This document shows positions 11,521 through 25,500 of a DNA stretch of 64,000 nucleotides, piece after piece. Made by a program: the position numbers and the translations under genes. The notes under the pieces were generated by a model. That model searched no databases. It was not told the DNA's origin and saw only the letters and a list, made by a program, of their open reading frames with translations. Each line of letters starts with the position of its first letter. Within the stretch, counting starts at the first letter, position 1. Source of the stretch: Felis catus (taxonomy: Eukaryota); the NCBI RefSeq assembly GCF_018350175.1, contig NC_058368.1, forward strand, positions 104,038,001 through 104,102,000. Reading direction: 5' to 3'.

Positions 11521-13499
11521 GGGGTGCCTGGGTGGCTCAACCCGTTAAGTGTCCGACCCTTGGTTTTGGCTCAGGTCATGATCTCACGGTTCGTGGGTTC
11601 AAGCCCCATGTCGGGCTGTGCGCTGACAGTGCAGAGCCTACTTGGGATTCTCTGTTTCCCTCTCTCTCTCTCTCTCTGCCCGTCCCCTGCTCTCCCTCTC
11701 TCAAAATAAATTAACTTTCGAGAGTAAATCAATAAAACATTAGTTGCTGAGAAGCAGAGGTAGTTTTTTGGTTTTGTGATGAAATGCTTACAAGTGTTTG
11801 GCTTCCATGCTGACCTAGAGGATGGGATGGTGTGAATTCTCTGGTTTGTTCACTCTGGCATACAGTGGTATTCTTGGACCAGAAGCGCACACCAAATCCC
11901 GCTGCCCCCTTCTTGTGCCAGGCCTGGCTAAGGCACCACATGCTGTAAGAAGGGACACAGAAACAGGAGAGCCTGTCCACAACAGGCAGACCAGTGGCCA
12001 TGTCTCATGCATGGCTTCCGCTAGAGCAATGCAGCACAGCCTGGCGGTGAAATAGCAGCTATCCCCCTGGTTTGAGTTTCTTTGTAGGTGTGTTTTATAT
12101 ATTTTGGTCATAACTCCTTTGTTTCATTTCTTTTTCTACCTTCCCACTCTTGCTTTTCTGTTTATCTTGGGTCCTGCGGGGTAGGTAGGAAAGATAGGGA
12201 GTAGGAATGAGAGAATGAAGGCAATGCCTTTCATCGGTAATGAAATAAATATATTTTTTTTAATATTTATTTTTGAGAGAGCGAGAGAGAGACTGAGCAC
12301 GAGAAAGGGAGGGGCAGAGAGAGGGAGAGACACAGAATCCGAAGCAGGCTCCAGCTCTGAGCTGTCAGCACAGAGCCCGATGTGGGGCTCGAACTCACCA
12401 GCTGTGAGATCATGACCGGAGCCAGAGTTGGATCCTTAAACGATGGAGCCACACAGGTGCACCAATACGTACCTTCTTAGTGCTGCCAATGGCATTAGTG
12501 ATGGAGCAGTGAAGAGACAGACCCGTGTTCTTATCCGTCCTCTGCTACTTCCTGTCTCTGTAGCTGGTCTTGTTTCGTGGTGTCTCCACATCATACGTGA
12601 AATTTTCTCTGTGTGGTTAAGGTGAGCACACATGAAGTTTGGGGCACACGCATTCTAGATCCTTCCCTCTTTGCCTACAGGACATCGCAGACTGTTCCAC
12701 AAAAACATACACATATCCTCTTTCTTTTGTCCCATGGGGTTCCCCACTGCCATCACACTGTTGCTCGTTGAGACTTCCTTGCTCAGAAATCTTCCAAGTT
12801 CGCTTACTCAGCAGACCTCTACCAAGCACATTTTTAATGCCCAACACTGAACTGTAGTCTCGAGATCCAAAGACATGTCATGGACCCTTCATCTGTGGCA
12901 TTCAGTCATCTGGGAAATGTGTAATATCTGGTAGGAGTATTAAACATTGATGATTTGAATCAGACACCACATGATACACAGGCTCTTTAAGGATCAGTTT
13001 CCCACTCTCTCTGCATTTAGGTCACACTTGGTGTGTCCTGTGCTTTTGTTCTTTTTCTTCCATCAGACTTGTCTTGGTCTTTCCTGACATTTTATTGCAG
13101 TGCCATTCTTTCTTTTTTTAGCACTTTTTTTTTTCACTTTAAAGTGGATTATCAACAGAGTTTTATTCCACTTAAAAGCATTTGCCTGATTTAAATTGAA
13201 CCCATGGGTAGCTTTTTATTCCAGGTAGAATCGATTCCTCTCAGAATTAAATGTACGCCATAGCAGATAGGCCCTTGATATATTCCATTCTGGGTTTTAT
13301 TTTGTGTTTATTTTTGAAAGAGAGACAGAGAATGAGCGGGGGAGGGGCAGAGAGAGAGAGGGAGACACAGAGTCTGAAGCAGGCTCCAGGCTCTGAGCTG
13401 TCAGCACAGAGCCCGACTTGGGGCCTGAACCCAAGAACCGTGAGATCATGACCTGAGCCGAAGTCGGACGCTTAACCGACTGAGACACCCAGGCGCCCC
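11521..13499. mobile_element. Three CanSINEs in the last GRAMD2B intron (+ 11521-11716, - 12254-12461, - 13292-13499)
   Basis: Heads and tails recognisable; the last has TSD tccattct. Confidence 0.93.
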
Positions 13500-13543
13500 T
13501 CCATTCTCTTTAATAACAGGAACTTCTCTCTTACTATTTTAAG

Positions 13544-13585
13544 ATACAAAACAACCTACAGAAGCTGCTTGAGAATGGTGACTGA
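13544..13585 (+). CDS. GRAMD2B: GRAMD2B last coding exon (IQNNLQKLLENGD*)
   Basis: ttactattttaag acceptor; TGA at 13583-13585; matches recalled GRAMD2B C-terminus. Confidence 0.95.
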   Translation: MQNNLQKLLENGD

Positions 13586-14775
13586 AGGACCACATTGTTC
13601 GGGCCAACATGATACCTCGTGCTTCCCTCTGAAGAAAGTGTTCGTTCCCCCAGTCATTGTGGTGGAGCGCTCCCTGCTGGCCAGAGGAGCGAGCTGATGG
13701 GCATCCCTAGCCATGTGTGCACTTGGAGGTCTCCAGCTCAGGAAAGGGGGGAACAGAAATAATTTTGGTTCCTGTGCAATAAACATGGACCCTGTCTGAG
13801 GAAGTTTTCAGTGCTTCTTCCTCAAGAAAACAGACCCATCTCTGGAGGTCTCAGGAAGGGCCTTGGTGGACACCCTCTCAGATGACTGTGGTTCCACAGT
13901 TAACTTGACTGTCAGCAAACACACTCCACTCCATGCCTTTTCGGTCCTTTCCCTGCCCCTTTTCTCTCCTGTACACCCCTCTGAACCAACCTTCAAAGTA
14001 AGGAATAGATCATGTGCCAATAAACTTGATACGATCCTTACAAGAATTAGCCAGAACTCTCCAAAACAGCAAGAAATAGCTCTAACGGACAGACTCGCCT
14101 CAAGCAACACCAACATGTTTTTCTTTTCCCCCCTCCTGCTGTTCTGTTCTGCTTTAAATCACCTGTATATCTTCTCAATCGAGTACTGGCAAGAATATCA
14201 CAGAGCAGATTAAACTATCCCACATGTGTTGTGTTTTGTTCAACTAACACTTGACTGGTCAGCACCCACCCCAGATCCAGAAACTGTGACACATGCGACT
14301 CAAGTACTAAATTAAGCTTACTCTGCAACCAAAACTAATCTTTAAACCAAAAAGTACCATAGTGCTTTGATACTGGATGAAAAACAGTGAACTTTTAAAT
14401 GGACAGGTGAACTATGTTACTTTTGAAACAGGATGTCCATAGTGAACGCTGAAGCCCATTTGAGCATGACAAGTGCATGCTTCTCCCTCTTGCTGACGAA
14501 AATAAAGAAGTAACTGGTGGTTTACTAACTTCGGTTTCCCATATGAGTTGGCTGGTTTTTATTAATAATTATTTAGGTACCATAAGATCTGTAATATAAA
14601 TGATACTCTGTTTCTATCGGCAATGTGTTTTATAATCATTTCTATGAAATGTATTTTGTTTGATCAGATAAGCTAATAAATGAATTAGTTACAACATTTG
14701 GATTTGTTAGCCTCCTGTACAACTGTGCCTGGTGCACCCCGGCTTTTAATAAAAACTCGTTGGTTAAACTGCCCT
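13586..14775 (+). other. GRAMD2B: GRAMD2B 3' UTR (end approximate)
   Basis: Sequence with no recognisable repeats after the stop, AU-rich distal part, AATAAA at 13778, 14019, 14675 and 14748. Confidence 0.65.
14748..14753 (+). terminator. Candidate distal polyadenylation signal of GRAMD2B
   Basis: AATAAA preceded by TGTA motifs and followed by GT/T-rich sequence; last such hexamer before the repeat block. Confidence 0.5.
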
Positions 14776-15489
14776 GCTAATAACAGTGTCCTGTCACTTC
14801 GTAAACTCTTGTAACATAAGCATAAGCATAACGTAACATAAGCATAAGACAATATACTTTTCTTTTTTTTTTTTTGAACTGCTTCTCCCCTCTTCTTTAC
14901 TGCTTCCAACTCACTGGTACTTCTTGCCTCCCAAGCATTCAGTCCACAACTCAAAAAGGATTTAAATTCTGGGGTTGCAGTGATACAGGGGGAAGAAGAT
15001 GAAATCAGGAAAATAATGCCTGATGTCTGGGTCCACGTTTTATGAGTTGTGTGACCTTAAGCTTTTTGGCCATTTCCCTCCATTTTATTTATGTGACCAA
15101 AACTACCAACAAAACGTGTGTCACTGTGAGGATTCAATGTGATGATTGTTTCTACAGCACATCACAGTGTCACACAAGTAGTACAGTCTCAGACCAAGTA
15201 CCATATTCGTTATTTTCAGCAGTGTTTTCATGTCTGACATTCCAGTCATATAAAAGTTCTAGGTCCATAGTTTATAGTCAAGGGGTGCCTGGCCGGCTCA
15301 GTCGGTAAAGCACGTGACTCTGGATCTGAGGGTTGTGGCTTTCAGCCCCACAGTGGGTGTAGAGATTACACAAAAATAAAATCTTAAAAAAAAAAACAGT
15401 TTATAATGAAAACCCACTAGGGATTCAAGAATGAGTAAGCCACCTATACAGAGAAATTTTACGGGTATGAAAAGCCCTTAAAAGGCTCA

Positions 15490-15877
15490 AGTTTCACAGT
15501 GAAGCAAACCATCAAAACTAAAAAACCAACCTATTGAATGGGAAAAGATATTTGCAAATGACATAAATGATAAAGCATATCCAAAATATATACAGAACTG
15601 CTACAACTCAACCCTTAAAAAACTAATAATCCAGTTGAAAAATGGGCAGAAGACATGAACAGGTGTTTCTCCAGAGAAGACCTACAGGTGGCCAACAGAC
15701 ACATGAAAAGATGCTCAACATGACTCACCAGGGAAAAAGATCAAAACCACAGTAAGAAAATACCTCACAGGGCACCTGGGTGGCTCAGTCCATTAACCAT
15801 GTTCGACTCTTGATTTCGACTCAAGTCATGATGTCACGGTTCGAGCTGCGCATGGAGCTCTGTGCTATCAGCTTGGG

Positions 15878-15923
<46 letters not shown>

Positions 15924-15937
15924 CCTCCCCTGCTCAT

Positions 15938-15986
<49 letters not shown>

Positions 15987-17510
15987 AATAAACTTTAAAA
16001 AGTTCTTTAGAAAACACCTCACATCTGTCAGAATGGCTAAAATCAAACACATAGGGAACAAATGTTGGCAAGGATGGGGAGAAAGAGGAACCCTTGTGCA
16101 CTGATTATGGGAACGCAAACTGATGCAGCCATTCTGGAAAACGTTAAGAGGTTCCTTAAGAAGTTAAAAATACAACTAGCCTACAATCCAGGAATCACAC
16201 TACTAGGTATTCTCTCTCAAAATACAGAAACACTAATTCAAAGGAATACACGCACCCTGTTTATAGCAGCATTATTTACAACAGCCAAATTATGGAAGCA
16301 GCCCAAGTGTCCATTGATGGATGGATGGTATATATACACAATAGAATATTATTTAGTCATAAAATGAAATCTTGTCATTTACAAAGACATGGATGGAGCT
16401 ACAGAGTATAATCTGAGTGAAATAAGTCAGATATAAAGAACTCACCAAACTCCACACCCAAAAAACAAATAATCCAGTGAAGAAATGGGCAGAAAACATG
16501 AATAGACACTTCTCCAAAGAAGACATCCAGATGGCCAACAGGCACATGAAAAGATGCTCAACGTCACTCCTCATCCAGAAAATACAAATCAAAACCACAC
16601 TGAGATACCACCTCACGCCAGTCAGAGTGGCTAAAATGAACAAATCAGGAGACTATAGATGTTGGAGAGGATGTGGAGAAACGGGAACCCTCTTGCACTG
16701 TTGGTGGGAATGCAAAGTGGTGCAGCCGCTCTGGAAAACAGTGTGGAGGTTCCTGAAAAAATTAAAAACAGATCTACCCTATGACCCAGCAATAGCACTG
16801 CTAGGAATGTACCCAAGGGATACAGGAGTGCAGATGCATAGGGGCACTTGTACCCCAATGTTTATAGCAGCACTCTCAACAATAGCCAAATTGTGGGAAA
16901 AGCCTAAATGTCCATCAACTGATGAATGGATAAGGAAGATGTGATTTATATACACAATGGAATACTACTTGGCAGTGAGAAAGAATAAAATATGGCCTTT
17001 TGGAGCAATGTGGATGGAAATGGAGACTGTTATGCTAAGTGAAATAAGTCATACAGAGAAAGACAGATACCACATGTTTTCACTCTTATGTGGATCCTGA
17101 GAAACTTAACAGAAGACCATGGGGGAGGGGAGGGAAAAAAAAAAAACTTAGGGAGGGAGCCAAACCATAAGAGACTCTCAAAAACTGAGAATAAACTGAG
17201 GGTTGATGGGGGGTGGAAGGAGGGGAGGGTGGGGGATGGGCACTGAGGAGGGCACCTGTAGGGATGAGCACTGGGTGTTGTATGGAAACCAAGTGGACAA
17301 TAAATTTCATGTTAAAAAAAAAAAAGACAAATACCATATGATTTCACTCATGTTGAAAGATGAAAGAACAAAGGGGGATAAAAAAAAAAGACAAACTAAG
17401 AAACAGACTCTTAACTACAGAGAACATACTGTTACCAGGGGGAAGATGGGCGGGGGAGGGGGGGGGGCGGGAGGGGTGAAATAGGTGATAATGATTAAAG
17501 AGTACACCTC
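15490..17510 (+). mobile_element. Carnivore L1 3' part (ORF2 end + 3' UTR), interrupted by a SINE (15770-16010) and a younger L1
   Basis: L1 ORF2 C-terminal motifs (aaatgggcagaagacatgaac, FIAALFTTAKLWKQPKCP); host sequence resumes at gacaaataccatatg near 17326. Confidence 0.88.
16431..17325 (+). mobile_element. Young 5'-truncated felid L1 (L1_Fc-like) nested in an older L1
   Basis: Open ORF2 C-terminal fragment 16477..16944 ([20 protein letters not shown] zinc knuckle), G-rich 3' UTR, AATAAA and poly(A). Confidence 0.9.
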
Positions 17511-17512
17511 CT

Positions 17513-19320
17513 GGGGCACCTGGGTGGCTCAGTCAGTTAAGCGTCCAACTTCAGCTCTGGTAATGATCTCATGGTTCACAGGTCTGAGCCCTGCAACAGG
17601 CTCTGTGCTGACAAGCTCAGAGCCTAGAGCCTGCTTCAAATTCTGTGTCTCCCTCTCTCTCTGCCCCTCCCCTGCTTGTGCACACTCTCGCGTGCTCTCT
17701 CCCTCTCTCAAAAAAAAAAAAAAAAAAAAATTAAAGTTTTGAAGAAAAGAGTTATACTTATCAAAAAAATAAAAAAGGTTACAAATACAGGAATTAGTAA
17801 TCTGCTCTCTAAATGTCTCCGGAAGCAATAAGCAGAGAGCTAGTCTGAGATTTAGATATCAGAACATTCTTTGAAGCATCATGATAGCAAAATATTAGAG
17901 ATTCCATTCAATAGCAGAATATTTAAATGATATAGCTATTTAGAGTTGTATTGTCAAAGAATGGCATAGAAAATTCCATTAAAAAGGGAAGCACAAAACT
18001 ATGGTATGATCCCAATTTTATGAAGAAACTCAAACATTTGCTACGTATATATGTGTATACACCTACATATGTATATATAGAAGCACACGCACAGTGACCT
18101 TTTCGATATTCTCTCAAGTTTGTACAATGAGCAGTTACTGCCTCTTTTTAATCAGATAAGTTGATTAAAAACAGGAAGTGGCTCTCAGTAGGGAATCAGA
18201 TCTTATCATTCCACCCACCTCACCCAATAACCATGCCCCTAGTTCTGTACCAGGAGCAACTTTTTTTAGTGGTTTTTCCAACAACCACTACATTGAGTTT
18301 TCCAGAGAGAAAGCACCTCATCATTTCTAAATTTAGTTGCTCTTTTTGCTTTGGGTATGCTGTTCCTTGTTTTATTTTTTGTTAGTAGCTCCTAAGTCTA
18401 AGTCTGGTATGATCATCTGAATGATGATACCCAAGTCATATGTCTGCACATTAACTCTAAAGAAGCAATGGAAAGCAAGTATCTGGGATTTTTCAGCCTC
18501 TACCCCCGAGATACTAAAGTGGGGAATTCTGAATTAGGAAGGGGTTTCAGATGTTAAGTGGCCAAGATAACAGCAAATGTCAACCATATTCCTCACCCTT
18601 TAAAACCTTAGCATTACCTTTCTAGAATGAAAAAAAAAAGAAAAAAGTTAAAAATAGATTAGCTGGTTGGGGCCCCTGGGTGGCTTAGTTAAGTGTCCAA
18701 CTCTTAATTTCGGCTGAGGATCTTGAGGTTTGTAAGATCAAGCCCCAAACTGGGCTGTGCCCTGACAGTGTGGAGCCTGCTTGGGATTCTCTCTCTCCAT
18801 TTCTCTCTCTGCCCCTCCCCTGCTTGTGCACAATCGTGCACTCTCTCTCTCTCTCAAAATAAATCAACTTAAAAAAAAAATGGGCAGAAGAACTAAGCAC
18901 ATTTTCCCAAAGACATACAGATGACCAAGAGGCACATGAAAAGATCCACAACATCATTAATCATTAGGTAAATGCACATCAATATCACAATCAGGTATCA
19001 CCTCCACATATTAGAATGGCTATTACCAAAAGGACAAGAAAGAGCAAACACTGGCTCCCTCTTACACTGGTGGTGGGAATGTAAATCAGTGCAACCACCG
19101 TAGCAAACATATGGAGGTTCCTCAAAAACTTAAAAATAGGTGCAACGGGGGGGTTCAGTTGGTTAAGCGTCTGACTCTTGATTTTGGCTCAGGTCATGAT
19201 CTCACAGTTTTGAGTTCGAGCCCCACATCAGGCTCTGTGCTGCTTGGGATTCTCTCTCTCTGCCTTTCCCCCACTCATTCTCTCTCTCTCAAATAAATAA
19301 ACTTAAAAAAAAATTAAAAA
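17513..19320 (+). mobile_element. CanSINEs at 17513-17775, 18670-18880 and 19145-19320
   Basis: SINE head, CT tract and tail structure. Confidence 0.9.
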
Positions 19321-19550
19321 CAGAGCTATCATAGGATCCAGCAATTCCATTTCTGTATATTTACCCAAAGAAACACGCCAAAAAAACATGGACTCAAAAT
19401 GATATTGCAACACTATTTATAATAGACAAGATATGGAAACAACCTAAGTGCATATTGAAGGATGAATGGATAAAGAAAATGTAGTGGATATATACAACGG
19501 AATATATTATTCTATAAAATATGTACATTATCCCATAAAATAAGAATGAA

Positions 19551-22500
19551 CTCTTGGCAGTTCCAATCCAAGACAGTAATATGGGAACACCCTGAACTCA
19601 CCTCCACCATGGACACACCAAGTCTACACAAATTTATAGACCAACTTCACCTAAAGAACAAAGGGTTGACTGAACAGCTTCCACACCCCAAAAGATGAAG
19701 AAACCACACAGAAGATGGCGAGAGGGATGGAGACATAGTTACCAAGGGAACCCGCTCTTGATGCAAAGTGCGGTGGGGAGGAATTGTGCTGAGGGAACCC
19801 GAATAGATTCATCTGCCCTGGGGCATAGAAAAAAAAGTCATAGTTTATAAAAGCAACTATAAATGATCCCACCCTAGAGTCCTGCCAAACAGCAGGGAAG
19901 CTGCTGGACTGCTCTTTGGGTGGGAGGGGCTGGTGAGCACCACCGTTTAGGTTTCTTCTCCACCTTGATAGCATGCATAAGAGCAGAGTATGGGCACCCT
20001 AGTCAGCCTGCTGCCTCACTGAGCCCCTGGCTCCTAACTCACACCAGCCCCAGCATCCCACCAAGGCGGCCCCAGCAGGGTACCCTCCATATCAGTGCTC
20101 ACCACAGCTCCAGCCATCTCACTGAGGTGAGACAGGCACAAAGAATGCCAGAACACTCCAGACCCACCCTACTTTGGCTCCAGACAACTCGCGGGGGGCA
20201 TGGAGCACCCCAGGACACCCTGGCTTGTACTGAGTGCAACTTCAGCCAGCCTCCCAGGGTGCCCTCGAAGCAGACAGCTGCAGGACCCCACAGTTTGCAC
20301 CCACTTCAGCTCATATCATGCCATCAAGGCAACCCTAGTACAAAGTGTCCCAGAACTCCCAGCCGACACTAATCACAGCGAAGTTAGTGGGCACACACAG
20401 TTTCTACATGGGATGACCGTACACAAGGTCATTACTTCAAGTTTAGGGAAGTAGCGGTTCAATGTAATTCATAGAAACAAAGTCAAACAAAATGAAGACA
20501 GAGAGGAATGTGCTCCAAATGAAAGAATAAGACAAAACCTCAGAAAAAGAACCAATCTGCATGATAAAGAGTTCAAAGTAATGGTAATAAAAAAACTCAC
20601 CAGACTGGAGAGGAGAGGATGAATTCAGTGAGAGCTGCAACAAACAGAAAACATAAAAAAGCACCAATCAGAATTGAAGTATACAATAACCAAAATGAAA
20701 AATACACCAGAGGGAATCAACAGTAGATTAGAGGATACAGAAAAAAAGATCAGCAAATTGGGGCACCTGGGTGGCTCAGTCGGTTGAGTGTCTGACTTCA
20801 GCTCAGGTCATGACCTCATGGTTCATGGGTTCGAGCCCCATGTCAGGCTCTGTGCTCACAGCTCAGAGCCTGGAGCCTGCTTCCATTCTGTGTCTCCCTC
20901 TCTCTCTATTCCTCCCCTGCTCTCACTCTGTCTCTCTCTCTCACTCTCTCAAAAGTAAATAAAGATTAAAAAAAAACAAAAACAGCAAAGGGAAGACAGG
21001 GTAATGGAAAGTACCCAAGCTGAAAAGCACAAGGGAAAAAGAATTTTTCAAAAATGAGGACAGGTACAAGATATCTTTGTTAATATCAAGTAAACAAACA
21101 TTTGCATTATAGGGATCCCACAAGGAGAAGAGAGAGAAAAGAAGGGGGGCAGAAAACTTATTTGAAGATATCATAGCTAAAAACTTCCCTAACCAGAGGA
21201 AGTAAAACAGTCATTCAGGTTCAGGAGGCACATAGAGTTCCAAACAAGATGAACTCGAGGACATTCACACCACAACACATAATTAAAATGTCAAAGATCA
21301 ACGATAAAAAGAGAATTATAAAAGCAGAAAGTGAGAAGCAACTAGATCTATACAAGGGAAACCCCATAAGGCTATCAGGTGATGATTGCAAAAAAAACTC
21401 TGGGAATGAGAAGAGAGTGACATGATATATTCAAAGTGCTAAAAGGAAAAATCCTACAACCAAGAATTCTCTACCCTGCAAGATTATCACCCTCAACAAT
21501 TGAGTTTCCCAGAAAATAGCAGTTAAAGCTCATCACCACTAACATGGCCTTAAAATAAAGTTAAAGGAACGTATTTAGGTGGAAAAGGCCATATTTGGGA
21601 GAAAATTATGAAAGGAAAAAATGTCATAGGTAAAAGCCAACATAAACACCTAATAAAGAGCAATCACTAATAAGTGAATCACTAATAGAGCAATCACTAA
21701 TAAGGCTGGTATGACTGTTAAAAGACAAAAACAGTAAAATCAATTATATCTAAAAAATTCCTTAAAGGGACTCACAAAATGAAAACATGTAAAATATGAT
21801 AGTACATACATAAAACATGGGAGGGAAATAAAAATGAAGTTCTTTTACAATGGGGTTGAATTTAAGTAAGCATCAACTAAATATGGACTACTATAAACTT
21901 AGGATGTTATATATAAATTTCAGGGTAAACATAAACCAAAGACCTATAATATATACACAAGAGAATAAGAGAAAGAAAGCCAAGTATAACACTAGAGAAA
22001 GTCATCGCTCACAAGAAAAGAGAGCAAGAGAAGAAAAGAATATATAAGAACTACAAAAGCAACCAGAAAACAATTATCAAAATGCCAATATACCTATCAA
22101 TAATTACTTTAAATGTAAATGGCCTAAATGCTCCAATCAAAAGGCCTAGGGCAATGAAATGGATTAAAAAAACAAACCAAAAAACAAGACCCATCTATAT
22201 GCTGCCTACAAGAAATTCATTTCAGACCTAAAGACACAGACAAGCTGAAAGTAAAGGGATGAAAGATATTCCATACAAATGGAAGCAAAAAAAAAAAAAA
22301 AAAAAAGTGAGGGTGGGTAGCAAAACTTATATCAGACAAGATAGATTTTAAACTAACATTGTATCCGAGTGCCTGGGTGGCTCAGTCAGTTAAAGGTCCC
22401 ACCCTTGGTATCAGCGCAGGTCATGATCTCACAGTTCATGAGATGGAGACCCACGCCCATCAGGCTTCACATTTTTAAAAAACCCACTCTATCAAAAGAC

Positions 22501-25500
22501 AAAGAAGGGCGTTACATAAATATAAAGGGATCATTTTAACAAGAAGATATAAGAATTGTAAATATCTATGGACCTAACACTGGAACACCTATATACATAA
22601 AGCTAATAACAAAAGACATAAAGGAAGACATTGACAGTAACACAATAATAGTCAGGGACTTTAACACCCTACTTCAATGGATAGATCATCCAGGCAGAAA
22701 ATCAGAAAGGAAATGGTGTCTGTGAACAACACATTATACCAGATAAACTTAACAGATAAATACATAACATCCATCCTGACACAACAGAATTCCCATTCTT
22801 TGCAAGTGCATATAGAACATTCTCCAGGATAGATCACATGTTAGACCACAAAACAAGTCTCAGTACCTTTATTAAGAGTGAAACCGTATCAGGAATCTTT
22901 TCTGAATTCAACATCATGAAAGTAGGAATCAATTACAAGAAAAATTGGAAGCTGGGGAAAAAAACCCCATAAACACATGCAGGCTAAATAATATTCTGTT
23001 AAACAACCAATGGGCCAATAAAGAAATTAAAGAAGAGAGAAAATACATGGACAGAAAGGAAAACATAACTGTCCAAAATCTTTGGGACACAGCAAAAGCA
23101 GCTCTAAGAGGGAAATTTATAGCAATAGAGGCCTTACTCAAGAAAAAAGAAAAATCTCAAACAATCTAACCTCACACATAAAGGAACTAGAAAAAGAACA
23201 ACAGCAACAACAAAAAGCCCAAATCAGAAAAAAGAGGAAACAATAAAGATTAGAAAAGAAATAAATGACATAAAGACTAAAAAGAAAAGAAAAAAAAACA
23301 ATAGAAAATATCAATGAAACCAAGACTGGCTCTTTGAAAAAATAAACAAAATTGATAAACCTTTAGCCAGACTATCAAGAAAAAATGAGAGGACCCAAAT
23401 ACATAAAATCAGATAAAAGAGAAGTAGTAACCAACACCAAAGAAATACAAAAAAGTTATGAGTGTACTATGAAAAATTATGACAACAAACTAAAATAAAT
23501 GGATAAATTTCTTTTAAAACTGAATATGGAAGAAATATTAAAACTGAACAGAACAATTTCTAGTAATGAAATTGTAACTGTAATCAAAAAAGTCCCAACA
23601 AACAAAAGTCCAGGACCAGATGGATCCACATGTCAATTCTACCAAACATTTAAAGTAGAGTTAACACCTATTCTTCTCAAACTATTCAAAAACATAGAAG
23701 ATGAAGAAAAGCTTCCGAATACACTATATGAGTCCAGCATTATCCTCATGCTGAAACCAGAGACACTACAAAAAAAAAAAAAAAAAAGGAAAACTACAAG
23801 CCAAAATCCCTGATGAACATGGATGTAAAAATCCCCAACAAAATATTAGCAAACTGCAGAAAACAATACATTAAAAGTATCATTTACCACAATCAAATGG
23901 GATTTATTCTGGAGATGCAAGGACAGTTCAATTCAATAAATCAATCGATACGACATGCCACATTAACAAAATGGATAGAAATCACATGGTCATCTCAATA
24001 GATGCAGAAAAAGCATTTGATAAAATCTGACATCATTCACGGGGTGTATTCATTGATTTCAGCTCAGGTCATGATCTCATGGTTTGTGAGATTGAGCCCT
24101 GTGCCAGGCTCCACGCTGTCGGCACAGAACCTTCTTGTGATTCTCTCTCTCTCCCTCTCTCTCTGCCCCTCCCATGCTCATGCTCTATCTCTCAAAATAA
24201 ATAAACCTTAAAAATATCTGACATCAGGGGTGCCTGGGTGGCTCAGTCGGTTGAGCGTGTGACTTCACCTCAGGTCATGATCTCACTGTTCATGGGTTCG
24301 AACCCCGTGTCAGGCTCTGTGCAGACAGCTCAAATCCTGGAACCTGCTTCAGATTCTTTGTCAGTCTCTCTCTCTCTCTGTCTCTCTCTCTCTCAAGAAT
24401 GTCAAGAAGAATCTGACATCATTCACGATAAAAACCTCTCAACGAAGTGGGTTTTGAGGAAATACATCACAACATAATAAAAGCCACATATGGAAAACCC
24501 ACAGCTAACATACTTAATGGTGAAAAACTGGGAACTTTTCCCCTTACAATCAGTAACAAGACAAGGATGTTCACTCTCACCACTTTTATTCAACATAGTA
24601 TTGGAAGTCCTAGCCACAGTAACTAGACACGATAAAGAAACAAAAGGCATCTAAACTGGTAAGGAAGAAGTAAAATAGTCACTACTGTCGATGACCTGAT
24701 ACTATACATAGAAAATCCTAAAAACTCCACCAAAAAACTATCAGGGACAATAAATGAATTCAGTAAAGTTGCAGAATAGAAAATCAATAGACAGAAATCT
24801 GTTGAGTGTTGGTACACTCAAAGTGATGCAGCAGAAAGAGAAATTAAGAAAACAATTACATTTACAACTGTACCAACAAGAATATAATACCTAGGAATAA
24901 GCTTAACCAAGCAGTTCAAAGACTTGTACAGTGAAAATTATAAAACATGAATGAAAGAAATGAAAGATAACACAAACTAATGGAAAGTCAATCCATGCTC
25001 ATGGATTGGAAGATTTACTACTGTTAAAAAGTCAGTAGTACCTAAAGCAACATACAGATTCAATGCAATACCTATCAAAATACTAACAGCATTTTTCACA
25101 GAACTACAACAAACCCAAAATTTGTATGGAACCACAAAAAAACCTAAAGAGCCAAAGCAATCTTGAGAAACAACAAAGCTGGTGGTATCACAGTCCCAAA
25201 TTTCAAGATTGTTACAATACTCTAAAAATCAAAACAGTATGGCACTGGCACAAAAAACAGACACACAGGTCAATGGAACAGAATAGAGAACCTAGAAATA
25301 AACCCACACTTACATGGTTACTTCATCTATGACAAAGGAGGCAAGAATGTACAATGGGAAAAAGACAGTCTCTTCAACAAATGGTGTTGGGAAAATTAGC
25401 TGCATGCAAAAGAAAGAAACTGAACCACTTTCTAATACCATATGCAAAAATAAACTCAAAATGGACTAGAGAAATAAATGTGATATCTGAAATGATAAAA

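Noticed and set aside
14812..14850. Short cataag/cataac tandem repeat after the GRAMD2B poly(A) signal
   Set aside because: Simple slippage repeat with no spacers or other sign of function
16477..16944. 155 aa ORF with a CCHC-type motif
   Set aside because: C-terminal fragment of L1 ORF2p from a 5'-truncated insertion, not a host gene
17205..17478. G-quadruplex-like G runs
   Set aside because: Ordinary G-rich tracts of L1 3' UTRs
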